64,000 bases of DNA, from NCBI GenBank assembly GCA_000004985.1, contig GG738901.1; one strand, 5' to 3'. The position numbers were made by a program, and so were the translations under genes. Positions 43,741 through 53,723 of the stretch are shown one piece after another (the stretch's first letter is position 1; the number at the start of each line of letters is the position of its first letter). The stretch is from Naegleria gruberi (lineage: Eukaryota). A model generated the notes under the pieces. The model did not search any database. It saw nothing but the letters and a program-made list of their open reading frames with translations, and had not been told where the DNA came from.

Positions 43741-46563
43741 TTAAAGGTCATCATCTGATTCAACCTCTTCGACTCCCTCCACTATTGGTTCTTCTTCTTC
43801 TACAATCATAGGGCCACTTTGATTGTCAACTCTGGCTTTGGTGAATTTGTAGAGTTTGTCCAAGAGTGAACGACCTTGATCCCACCAAGAAATATCAACC
43901 TCATGATAGGTGCCACGAAGTGGATTGATAACTCCAATATTCTTAATTTCCATTCCATCCAATCTAGCCATGGCTGCATAGCAGAGTAATTGAATAATCC
44001 ACTCAACTTCAATATCTTGGGATACCGAACATTTAATATCAATAATGGTCTCGCCATCAATGATGATATCTGCCTCTCCAGTAACATGTTTTCCATAACT
44101 GAGACTTCTATGGGTATTAACTGAGCTTTCAGTTTTTTCTACAATAAATGGAACAAAGTGCTCTTGTAAATTATTGAACAGTTCTGTATAGTTTGGAGCA
44201 ATGTCCTTAATAAAGTCAAACTTTTTCTTTAGATTGGTATTGCCAAGATAGAGCATTCTGGTTCTTCCCTCTTTAACAACTGCATCAAGTTTGGAAATTT
44301 CGAATACACTTTCTAGAATATCAATTGACTCATAATTTGGATTTGTAAAAATTCTGTAAGCTGTTTTTAAACTGTCTACATAACCGGGTGGGAAGGCATA
44401 TTCTGTCATTACTGGAATAACCTCGAATGAAAATTGTCCCTTCTCCAATATTTTCTCGAAAGATTCAATAATCTCAGTCATGACTATCTTTTCATAGCCA
44501 TCAGTAATAGATTTTAACAAAGCTTTTGGAGGTTTTCCATTTCTCATCAACTGCTTCAATTTCTTTGCATATCTATTAAAGACCTGGATACTGCCTGTAT
44601 TTAATACGATTGCCTCGTTAATGAAGAGTTCAGTGCATGTATGACTAAAACCTCCTCCATTAGGTATTTTCTCAGAAATCATTCTACAAAATAAAGTATC
44701 AATAAAGTTTCCAAAGTCTGTAAACATTTGATTTTCGTAAACCACGTCACAGTATGCAAAGTCTGTATCCACAATTTTGGTTTTCGTAAATTCGATTTGT
44801 GGCAAACATCCTTCTTCCTTGAGTATTGTCATGAGTTCTCCATCAATATTACGAACCATATTTGTTACGGTGTATGGATTAATAGATGAGTCGGATGCTG
44901 ATCTTGGCTGTTCTGAAATACGCAAGTCTGTGGGACTATGTAATCTGAATACGCTACGATCAATCTCTGTTATATAACTCAAACAAGTTGCTGTCTTGGG
45001 GAGAACAATGTGTAACTCATCCTTTGCTCTGGTAACAGCCACATATAATACACGTCTTAGTTCCGCATCATTATCACCTTTCCATTTATCATTTGATGAA
45101 TCCACCAAGAAAACAATATCCCACTCCAAACCTTTAGACTTGTGTATGGTTGATAGGCAAACTTTTCCAGTTGTTGTGTGTCTTTCCATTTCCTTTAAAG
45201 ATTTTGATTTTTCCATAATAGTAATATGTGGAATGAAGAATTTAGATAATTGTTCCTCTACCTTATAGAGACCATAATTTGTTGGAGAAAGGATTGCTAT
45301 TCTTTCTCTTGGCACTCCACGTTTCAAATATTCTGATATTTTCTTAGCAACATACAAACCCTGGTTATCATTTACAATGATTGGTTTAAGATTAGATTCT
45401 CTTGTGGTTGTCATTTCTTTTGGAATATTATCTGGATTATTTCTCAAAATTGCATTTGCCACTTGCAAAATTTCTGGCGTACTTCTATAATTTCTAGTCA
45501 GTGTTAACAGCTTAGAGTTTGGATATTTTGAGTGAAAATTCAAAATATGTTCCACACTGGATCCTCTCCATGAGTAAATGTTTTGCGAATCATCTCCTAC
45601 GGCAATTATCTTGCATCCTCTTTTGTGAAACTCTTCAAAAATCTCTGCTTGAAAATTATCAATATCTTGATACTCATCAATTATGAGATACTTTTTCTTT
45701 TTACAAATTTCATCCGCAATTTCTGGATAATTCTTCATTAAGTTCCTCAATCTATATCCATATTCAATCACACAAGCTTGAGAATCAAAATATTGCCAAT
45801 ATTTCTTCAATGTCTTGTAAGCAAATGCATCAATGGTTCCAATAGTAAATTTACTCTTAACTCCAATACTGGCAAGCTTTTCCTTCATATCATTTGCTGC
45901 CAATCTTGAAAATGTTGTCAACATGATCTGATGAGCTGGAATTTTCAAATACTTTATCATGTAAACAATTTTACAAATAATGGTTGTTGTCTTTCCACTT
46001 CCAGCGCAAGCCAACACTAACAAGTCATCATTCACATCTCCAAAAACAACTTGCTTTTGTTCTTCACTCAAATCAATCTGTACATCATCAATTGTAAATG
46101 TTTTCATAATTTCCTCTTCGGATGGAAAAACAATTTCCTTCTTCTTCCTTACTCTTTTTACAGGCTTTGAAATTTCCTCATCACCTCCAAAATTAATTTC
46201 CGGCATTAAACTAATTGCCTCATTACTCATAGCATTAATGATTTCTTCCTTTTCTTGAGGTTGGTGAGTAGAAAATAATTCCTTCACCTCATCATCTTGT
46301 TGCTTCAAAGTCTGTTTCCTTCTCGTAGCATTATTAATCAAAGATTGAGAAAAACATCTCCTCATCATTACATGATTCAATAAAGTAGAGTTATTGGTTT
46401 TCAACAAGGCTGATGAAGATCCTGTCGGGAATGATTTATTTCCACCATTAATTTTAATATGATTAATTATATTATTGTTATTACTATTTAAATGATGTAA
46501 AGTTGAAGTGGATGATAATGTATTCAAGCGATAGAGAAGTGAATTGTGCTTGATGTTGCGCAT
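43741..46563 (-). CDS. UvrD/Rep/PcrA-type SF1 DNA helicase fused to a C-terminal PD-(D/E)xK (RecB/Cas4-like) nuclease domain
   Basis: A 940-aa intronless ORF. Helicase motifs are I ACAGSGKTTT, II YLIIDEYQD, III VGDDSQNIYSWRGS, IV RNYRSTPEI, V STIHKSKGLEWDIVFL and VI LYVAVTRAKDEL. The C-terminal string is GEADIIIDGETIIDIKCS...EWIIQLLCYAAM. The N-terminal ~100 aa are Ser/Asn/Arg-rich and may be a targeting sequence. Confidence 0.9.
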   Translation of the reverse strand: MRNIKHNSLLYRLNTLSSTSTLHHLNSNNNNIINHIKINGGNKSFPTGSSSALLKTNNSTLLNHVMMRRCFSQSLINNATRRKQTLKQQDDEVKELFSTHQPQEKEEIINAMSNEAISLMPEINFGGDEEISKPVKRVRKKKEIVFPSEEEIMKTFTIDDVQIDLSEEQKQVVFGDVNDDLLVLACAGSGKTTTIICKIVYMIKYLKIPAHQIMLTTFSRLAANDMKEKLASIGVKSKFTIGTIDAFAYKTLKKYWQYFDSQACVIEYGYRLRNLMKNYPEIADEICKKKKYLIIDEYQDIDNFQAEIFEEFHKRGCKIIAVGDDSQNIYSWRGSSVEHILNFHSKYPNSKLLTLTRNYRSTPEILQVANAILRNNPDNIPKEMTTTRESNLKPIIVNDNQGLYVAKKISEYLKRGVPRERIAILSPTNYGLYKVEEQLSKFFIPHITIMEKSKSLKEMERHTTTGKVCLSTIHKSKGLEWDIVFLVDSSNDKWKGDNDAELRRVLYVAVTRAKDELHIVLPKTATCLSYITEIDRSVFRLHSPTDLRISEQPRSASDSSINPYTVTNMVRNIDGELMTILKEEGCLPQIEFTKTKIVDTDFAYCDVVYENQMFTDFGNFIDTLFCRMISEKIPNGGGFSHTCTELFINEAIVLNTGSIQVFNRYAKKLKQLMRNGKPPKALLKSITDGYEKIVMTEIIESFEKILEKGQFSFEVIPVMTEYAFPPGYVDSLKTAYRIFTNPNYESIDILESVFEISKLDAVVKEGRTRMLYLGNTNLKKKFDFIKDIAPNYTELFNNLQEHFVPFIVEKTESSVNTHRSLSYGKHVTGEADIIIDGETIIDIKCSVSQDIEVEWIIQLLCYAAMARLDGMEIKNIGVINPLRGTYHEVDISWWDQGRSLLDKLYKFTKARVDNQSGPMIVEEEEPIVEGVEEVESDDDL

Positions 46564-46660
46564 TTTTTTTTGATTTAATTTCTATCAATTTTAATTTACA
46601 TAATTGTTAATAATGTAATACTTTTGTAAAGTATTAATGTCATATCAAGGGTTAACCAAC

Positions 46661-48030
46661 TCAGCGTCTCTTGACTCTTATTTTCTTCTTCTTTGTAGTA
46701 GGTACATTATATTCATCGTCATCCTCTTTCATTAGTAAGGGAACTTCATCTTTCAAAGATTCTGCAACAATATTACTGAAAGATTTCTCAAACTGAACAA
46801 TAGATTCAGGTTGTTTTGGTACAGAGGATGACAAAGAAGGAGCCAAACTAGCTTCTTCTTTCGGTTCTTCTTCTGGTGTGGGTTTAGCAGAGATGCATTC
46901 CTTACATATATTGAATTTAATATCTAGTGGATAATCAAATACAAGTTGAGAAACAGCTTTGCTGATAGTAGTTTCTTTAAAATCTAAATTAGAAGGATTG
47001 TGTTTCTGGGTGAAAAATATTGGACTAGTGTCAAGTTGTTTACAATTCAAATCTTGTAAGGTAGATTCAATTTGATGTTCTGCAGTGATAAGGGATGTAA
47101 TATTCCTGAAATGAATGACTTTTTCAAAAGCATTTTTGATTCCTTGCATGTTTTCAATGAGACCTGACATGGTTGAGTATTGATCTTGAACAATTGCCAT
47201 TCTCTCTTGATGTTCTGATTGGCTTTTGTCAAGAATTTCTTTTCTTTTGTCTTCCACTTGTGCCAAATAGTTGTCAATCATAGTATTAACCCTCATTTCG
47301 TAAGTTTCTTGATTACTGACTAGTTTAGTTTGGAGAGAGCCAATCTTTTCCAATGCAACATACAAGAATTCAATATCTTGATCAACTTGCTCAATCTTGT
47401 TAGACATTCCTGCCTTAGCCTCTTCCATATGTTCATCAATTGGGACACATGTATGATTACTATGATTAGTTGATAAAGAACACAAATGACAAACTTATGT
47501 CTCTTACATTTTCCAACAGTTAGAATTGTTCCAAGTGGAGCTTTTTTATGAGAAGCAAAGAACTTGGGAGCATGAATGGATGTGAAACATTCCTCACAGA
47601 ATCTACTATTACAATCCTCACATTCAACTTGAACAATGTTAGTTTCACAATTGGCACAAGTTTCTCCCTTCTCCCTCTCCATCATATAATTTTCTACAGT
47701 ACTCTTGAGATCGTAATTAATAGGAAAGACACTTGGTACATCTTCAGAATGATTGACTTTACATTCCTTGTTGCAAGAGGGACAATTGAAACAAATTCCT
47801 TCCTTCTTGTTACTTTGATCACTTGTTGTTCCATACAATTTGTTGATCTTTGTTTGATTTCCCAGCACAGGAGCTTGAAGAAATGGTTCTTTGAGTTTTA
47901 ACTTTTTAAAATTGATATTTGCCATAATGCATCGGGTGCACATTGAATGACCACAAGGTAAAACTCTTGGATCTTGAAGAAGTTCAAAGCAAAACTTGCA
48001 TGAAAGTGATTCCTCGTCAATTACTAACAT
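46661..48030 (-). CDS. RING / B-box / coiled-coil (TRIM-like) protein; reading frame broken once inside the second B-box
   Basis: The RING is CKFCFELLQDPRVLPCGHSMCTRCI...CPSC. B-box 1 is CANCETNIVQVECEDCNSRFCEECFTSIHAPKFFASH. Then CKRHK (frame A) abuts VCHLCSLSTNHSNHTCVPIDEH (frame B, which opens at 47494), and a long coiled coil follows. ORFs 47320-48030 and 46661-47485 overlap in different frames, and no intron can fit. Confidence 0.7.
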
Positions 48031-48914
48031 TTTTTTTTGTATTTTAGAAGAAGGAATTCGTCAATTTGTTCTCAATATCGAACGCACCAACCTTTTAAGT
48101 ACCATCAGAATAATAGGAACAAAAAATGCAGCAGAATTTAGTTCAGAAAAGGTCACAGTGATAGGAACTCATCAAATTTCTCAATGTACACTGTAAAACG
48201 CTATTTCTCAAATTATGTTCAACGAACATGGACGAACCAAAGTAACCCCGATGAACATCCCAAAAAACTTTAAAGTGCCTCGACTCGTCACGAACCCACG
48301 ACTGCCCTTGTAACCGTGGTGAACATGTTGAAATCTCTTTAGAGAATTGAAACCATCAAACATATGGTTAGAATGCTTATTTGATATGTTTGAGAACTTG
48401 CATGATTTGACCTTGCAACAATTAGAATCACGACCAATTCGAAAGGATTCGTCTAACCATCTAATTAAATAGATTTGTCAATATTTATATATGGACAAAC
48501 AGTGACAAATCTCGAGATGTTTAACCAACATCCTCAATTGATAGTATAGAGCTACTTAACGGGGAAAAGTTTAGTTTAGTTTCTTATTACTGACGCAACG
48601 AATCATCAAAATAACTCGTTTATCTCTTCAACAACAAGCCCTGAACAAATCATTTCGTCCAAATATCGACATTTTTCCGTGTTCTCGCCCTTTCTTTTAG
48701 AAACATTTGACACCTGAAATAGATGTCAAACATTGTGTGTGATTAGAACACTCATCATACCATGCAACCGTGATTTTTGCCTGCGAACATTATATCGTGG
48801 TTTTGTCCACCCTGTCTTGACCCATTCGCTCTAGGTATTTGTTGATTCAGCTGGATACCTATACTAAACTAACTTTCGAATTGGAATGCAAACTAATCAG
48901 AAAAAAACAGTGCC

Positions 48915-49925
48915 ATGTCTCACCTACCAAGTACACCACAACTATTCTGCAACAACATGTTTCCAACGCAACAACTTATACCCAACAATAAGACAAACAT
49001 CAACATGCCACCATTCACTTATCACTTTCCTTATTTGTCAGTCAACGAACAAGCATCAACAGTACCTTCAGCAAGTGTTGTGGGAAACACAAGCATTGAC
49101 ATGCTTCCCACCATCATGTATAATTACATGCTTTTGAATCAACAAATGTATCAAATACTAAACCTGCAACTCTTTCAAACATGCCAAGTTGACTCTTCGC
49201 CACATGCATATGTTTATGATGAAATTGCATTGGAATCACTCTTTCCTGCACCATTGTGTTTTAATAATGGTTCTGAAACCATGTTGAAAGCAATTCAACC
49301 TGAAGATTTATTGGAAAGTAGACTAAATGACAATACATGCTGCTCGGATGTATTTTTGTTGGAAGAGGAAGAAATCACCACATGCACTGCTATTGGAAGT
49401 GATGAAACAAACATGCTTCAATTATTAACAAGTGATATCAGTCCAGCATGTTCCTCTGTTAATGAGACAATGTTTAGTCGACAGAATATTGAGGCCTATC
49501 AACAAAATTCGAATGCAATAATTAGAAATAGTAATTGTGAATCGACATCTACTGATTCTAATTCATTCAATTCATCAAGCAAGCTAGCATTATCACCAAC
49601 TATCGGAAACATTTCTCCTTCATCTTCTTCTGAGACTAAACTTCAAAAAAACAGAAAATGCAAAGAAACCAAATCTCAACATTATTCTTCACAAGACATG
49701 TCCAAACTCTTCAATTCACTCATTAAAAAGAAGAGAGGAAGGCCACCAAAAGTAAATTTTAAAGTGGAATTTAGTGAACACGCCTATTCAATGATTTACA
49801 ATGGAAAAGTGGAGGAAGCAATTAAAGTAGAAAGTGCTAGTAGTAGAAGAGGAAAGAGTAGAGTATTGAAAAGTATTCCACAGCACATTCTAGAACAGAA
49901 TAATGAAACTCAGAGTAGTAAGTGA
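48915..49925 (+). CDS. Hypothetical low-complexity protein with C-terminal AT-hook
   Basis: A 336-aa ORF with an ATG start. The AT-hook core is KKKRGRPPKV. Confidence 0.6.
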   Translation: MSHLPSTPQLFCNNMFPTQQLIPNNKTNINMPPFTYHFPYLSVNEQASTVPSASVVGNTSIDMLPTIMYNYMLLNQQMYQILNLQLFQTCQVDSSPHAYVYDEIALESLFPAPLCFNNGSETMLKAIQPEDLLESRLNDNTCCSDVFLLEEEEITTCTAIGSDETNMLQLLTSDISPACSSVNETMFSRQNIEAYQQNSNAIIRNSNCESTSTDSNSFNSSSKLALSPTIGNISPSSSSETKLQKNRKCKETKSQHYSSQDMSKLFNSLIKKKRGRPPKVNFKVEFSEHAYSMIYNGKVEEAIKVESASSRRGKSRVLKSIPQHILEQNNETQSSK

Positions 49926-50120
49926 TTGGATGAACGTGGAAATTTAATGGTGATTGGTAGCTTGAGGAGAATTAAGTTACATGTTGTGTAAATAGCAAGA
50001 TTTTTCGAATGTAAAATGAAATAGAATATCGAGATTAATGTAATAAATTGTATTGATAAAGCGAAAAATTCAGATATCTTCTTGTAGTATAGGAATAATT
50101 TCCAAATCTAGTAGATTACT

Positions 50121-51413
50121 TCAAATATTTAATATTATGGAAATATCAGAAAATGAACTATTTCGAATCAGGTCTGAATATTTGGAAAAGAATGGTAGTG
50201 AGTTTTCAATCCAGATAGTGTTTGTATCTGATAGATACCTCACTTTTCTTATCTTTCCTAATGCAACAACCATATTCCTGAACTTGATCATGCATAGCCC
50301 ACTACTTTGACATTTTTCAAAGTTTGTTACAAAGGTTGGTTGTCGCGTTGATTGGAAACTTGTTTCTTTCAAACTGGGTTTGTTTAAAAGCACATCATTG
50401 AATGGCTTGAATTCAATTAGAAGTGATTCATGGTTTGACTTGGATGGATTAGTTTGGAGTACTCGACATATTAATGCTCTCTGTCCACAATAAATTTTAA
50501 ATTCTCTTTCCTTAGAAAAATCAACGGCTGAAAGAGGGTTGTGAATTGTGAGCTCGACCCAAAAGGAGTCCACCACTACTTAAGATCCTTTGGATTTATC
50601 AAACCAATTTCCTAACAACGCTCCTCTCAACAACCTCATTTCGTTCGAACTTCGAGTTTTATACTTCAGTGATTGTAAATTAATAGGAACTAATTGACCA
50701 GCATATGCTCTTTCCCAGTCTATTGCATCATTGAATGAAGAATATCCATAAGATGGATTTCTTTCAATTTTTAAACTAGTTGGATTTTCAGAATTAATGT
50801 CAACAGTTCCCAAATGTGTTAAATATCCACTCTCGATTTTCACCAATACGTTTGTGCCATAATAATTCTTAAATGAGTTAATTGAAGAACATAAAGGTGG
50901 CTGATTTTTCAAATTTTCATAATTCAAGTTTGGACCTAAACTTCGTAGCCATTCCAATAGTTCATTTGATTCATTAGAAGTCTCCACTCTTTTCAAATAT
51001 CTGGATAAATTGTCGTCGCTTGAATAGCCAGCGAATGAAACTACTTTGAAAATCAAATTTCTTTTGATTAGTTTATCGAATTCATTCTCAAAATCATATA
51101 TTTGAATTGTTGGATGAACTAGCACAAGGACATTTCTGATCGATGTAGAATTGTTGATAATTAACAGAATATTCTGAAACATTTCAAAATTATTATTATG
51201 ACTATTAATTGCAATAATACAAGCATCTGCTATGCAACATAATCGGAAGGCACTTGGTACTGACAATCGTTCCAAAATTGCAAAATTTATTTGCAATTTG
51301 TTGATTAGAAACCGATCATATGCAAAAACAGAGCTTGTTCCTCTTCTATAATCAATTTCACCAAGCAGTCCGAACAATGCAACTGACAAACAAGGTGGAT
51401 CATCTATCGTCAT
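50121..51413 (-). CDS. EF1A/eRF3/HBS1-family-like pseudo-GTPase (G-like domain without GTPase motifs plus beta-barrel domains II and III), interrupted by one in-frame TAA
   Basis: ORFs 50580-51413 and 50121-50576 are in the same frame, separated only by TAA at 50580-50582. The G-like strings are SVALFGLLGEIDYRRGTSS, CCIADACIIAINS and NVLVLVHPTIQ. Domain II is GTNVLVKIESGYLTHLG...AYAGQLVPINLQSL...LLRGALLG. Domain III is FWVELTIHNPLS...KIYCGQRALICRV...SGLCMIKFRNMVVALGKIRKV, compare lGRFavRd..tvAvGvI. Confidence 0.7.
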
Positions 51414-51644
51414 TTTTTTAAGTGAAAGTTGGTCAATTTACAGCTTGTAGACTCCAAAGTTTACAAAGTCAGTTGGGCAATTGTGAAAAGTGTTATCATG
51501 TCTGTTTGAGACAATAATGGTAATACTGTTATTATTCAATTCCAAAAAAGAAATAAACCCACTTTAGTATTTGTATTGTTCTGGCTGTTGAAAAAAGCAA
51601 TAAATTCTTCCAAATCAAACGTGGGGATTTTCCTCATTTAAAAA

Positions 51645-53587
51645 ATGGTAGAAATAAAGAAGGAAAAGAAGTCAAAACAATCTCATCAATTACATGAGAA
51701 GCACAAGAAGCAACCACTCTTGGAGAAGACTTCTCAATCATCTGTGCCAAAGTATGAAGACATTGTAAAGCACAAGATCAGACCTTCCTATCCATCACCA
51801 ATTATTGAGAAGGGAAAGGATAAGAACTTTGAGGAATTGGTAAAACATTCACTTGATGAAATTCTCAAACTCAAACACAAAGAAAAGGCTCACAGTTCAT
51901 TCTTGGGAACACCTGAGAGAATACTCAATTGTGAAGAGGATATTGTTGAACAGAGATCCAAGGTAGAAATTCCTCAATCCTGTAAAACTCCACAGGAAGT
52001 TATCTCAAAAGTTTCTTCCTACTTTAATGGTGTGTTAGATAATGCAAGTCCAATCATGTTGGAGAATGTTCATCCTCCTTCAAATATTCCAGCAATTATT
52101 TCAACTCTATTTGCTTCGCTGTACAATGTTGGTATGGTACAAGATGAATTTTCATGGAATGTTGTGCTAACAGAGATTGAAACTATTGGAATGATGGCTA
52201 AATTGATTGGTTGGGATGCCAAGAAAGCTAATGGTGTATTTACCTTTGGTGGAACAGGAAATGAGTTGGTAAGTTTTAATGACTAATCTATTTCTAACAC
52301 CATGATGATTATCTAATACAGTACGGAATCAAAGTTGCCCTAACAAGAGCCTTGGGAATGGACTACCGTTACAAGGGTATTAGAGAAAATGTAAAGATTT
52401 TCGTTTCAGAAATTGGCCACTATTGTAAATTCAATGTTACAGATTGGCTAGGCATTGGTATGGACAATGTTGTTCCAATTAGTATTACAGAAGATAACTC
52501 TATGAATTATGATGATCTCTATGATAAATTATCCAAATCTGTCAAGAATGGTGAAAAGATTGCTGCCATTGTCTCAACTTGTGGTTCCACAGACCCATTC
52601 TCTGTTGATGATGTTTCAGAAATTGTAAAGATTAGAGATAGAATTGTTGAGGAGAATAATCTAGATTACAAACCATTTGTCTATGCTGATTCAGTCATTG
52701 GTTGGCCATGGCTCTTCTTTAAGACCTATAACTTTGAAGAGAATCCACTTCAAATCGAAGCTGACTATGTCTTGCCAGCAATCAAGTCAGTTCTCTCCAA
52801 AATGGAAAAGTTAGAATTGGCAGATGCTGTAGGATTAGATTTCCACAAGACTGGTTTCTGCCACTACATTTGTAGCTGTGTAATGTTCAAGGATGGAAAA
52901 GAGTTCGAAGAAAACCTATCCAGACCGAAAGACTTTGCTCAATATCTGTACAACTTTTCAGTTTACAAACCAGGAACATACACTCTCGAATGTTCAAGAG
53001 CTGCATCTTGTCTCGCTGCATTTAGTACCATTCACTTGTTTGGTGTTGAAGGTTATCAATCACTCATAGCTCACTTGATAAGTGTTCAACATGCTCTTCG
53101 AACAAACCTCACAGAACAGATGAAGAATGTGGCCATTGTTAATGATTTGGACAATGGTTTTGTTTCCTTGTTCAGAGTCTATCCACAAGGAGTTGATGCC
53201 AAGAAGGAATTTGAAAAGGAGTTGAATGGTCAACTCTCCGATGATGAAATTAACAAGTACAATGAATATCAAAAGCACATTGCCAATGTTCTCCATCTGA
53301 AGAGAGTACAAGAAGATGGTCCAGCTCTATCCTATACACGTTGCTTTAGAAAGAACAAGAATGGCTGTCCAATTTCTGCTCTCAAGGTCTTCCCTATGAG
53401 TCCATTCTGCTCAAAGGACATGATGATTAATCATGTTGTTCCCTTCATCAAGGATACTGTTGAGCAAGTAGGCTCACAAGAAGATATGGAAGAACACAAG
53501 AAGAAGGTTGAGAGTGAAGATCATCCAAAGTGGGCCTATCCAAGACATAGACACTTTGAGAATGTTACCCTCCACAATACATGGTGA
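51645..53587 (+). CDS. Group II pyridoxal-phosphate-dependent decarboxylase (2 exons)
   Basis: Exons are 51645-52268 and 52322-53587, with a 53-nt intron (GTAAGT...ATACAG, phase 0) and a total of 1890 nt. Matching strings are FTFGGTGNELYGIKVALTRA and the PLP-lysine motif GLDFHKTGFCHYICSCVMF (DFHK class, as in diaminobutyrate/tyrosine decarboxylase-like enzymes). Confidence 0.85.
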
Positions 53588-53723
53588 GAAGATCATATAA
53601 GATCATCATCCAACAATAATAATAAAACGCTTGAATATTTTGTGATTATTGGTAAGCCTTTGGCGCTATTTTTTATTTTTTAAAATAATTAAAATTTCTT
53701 ACCGTTAAAAAATCTTTTAGAAA

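Noticed and set aside
48285-48335. Possible tRNA gene (12-nt identity to the tRNA-Lys T-arm region)
   Set aside because: No acceptor, D-arm or anticodon-arm pairing can be drawn. At most it is a tRNA-derived relic.
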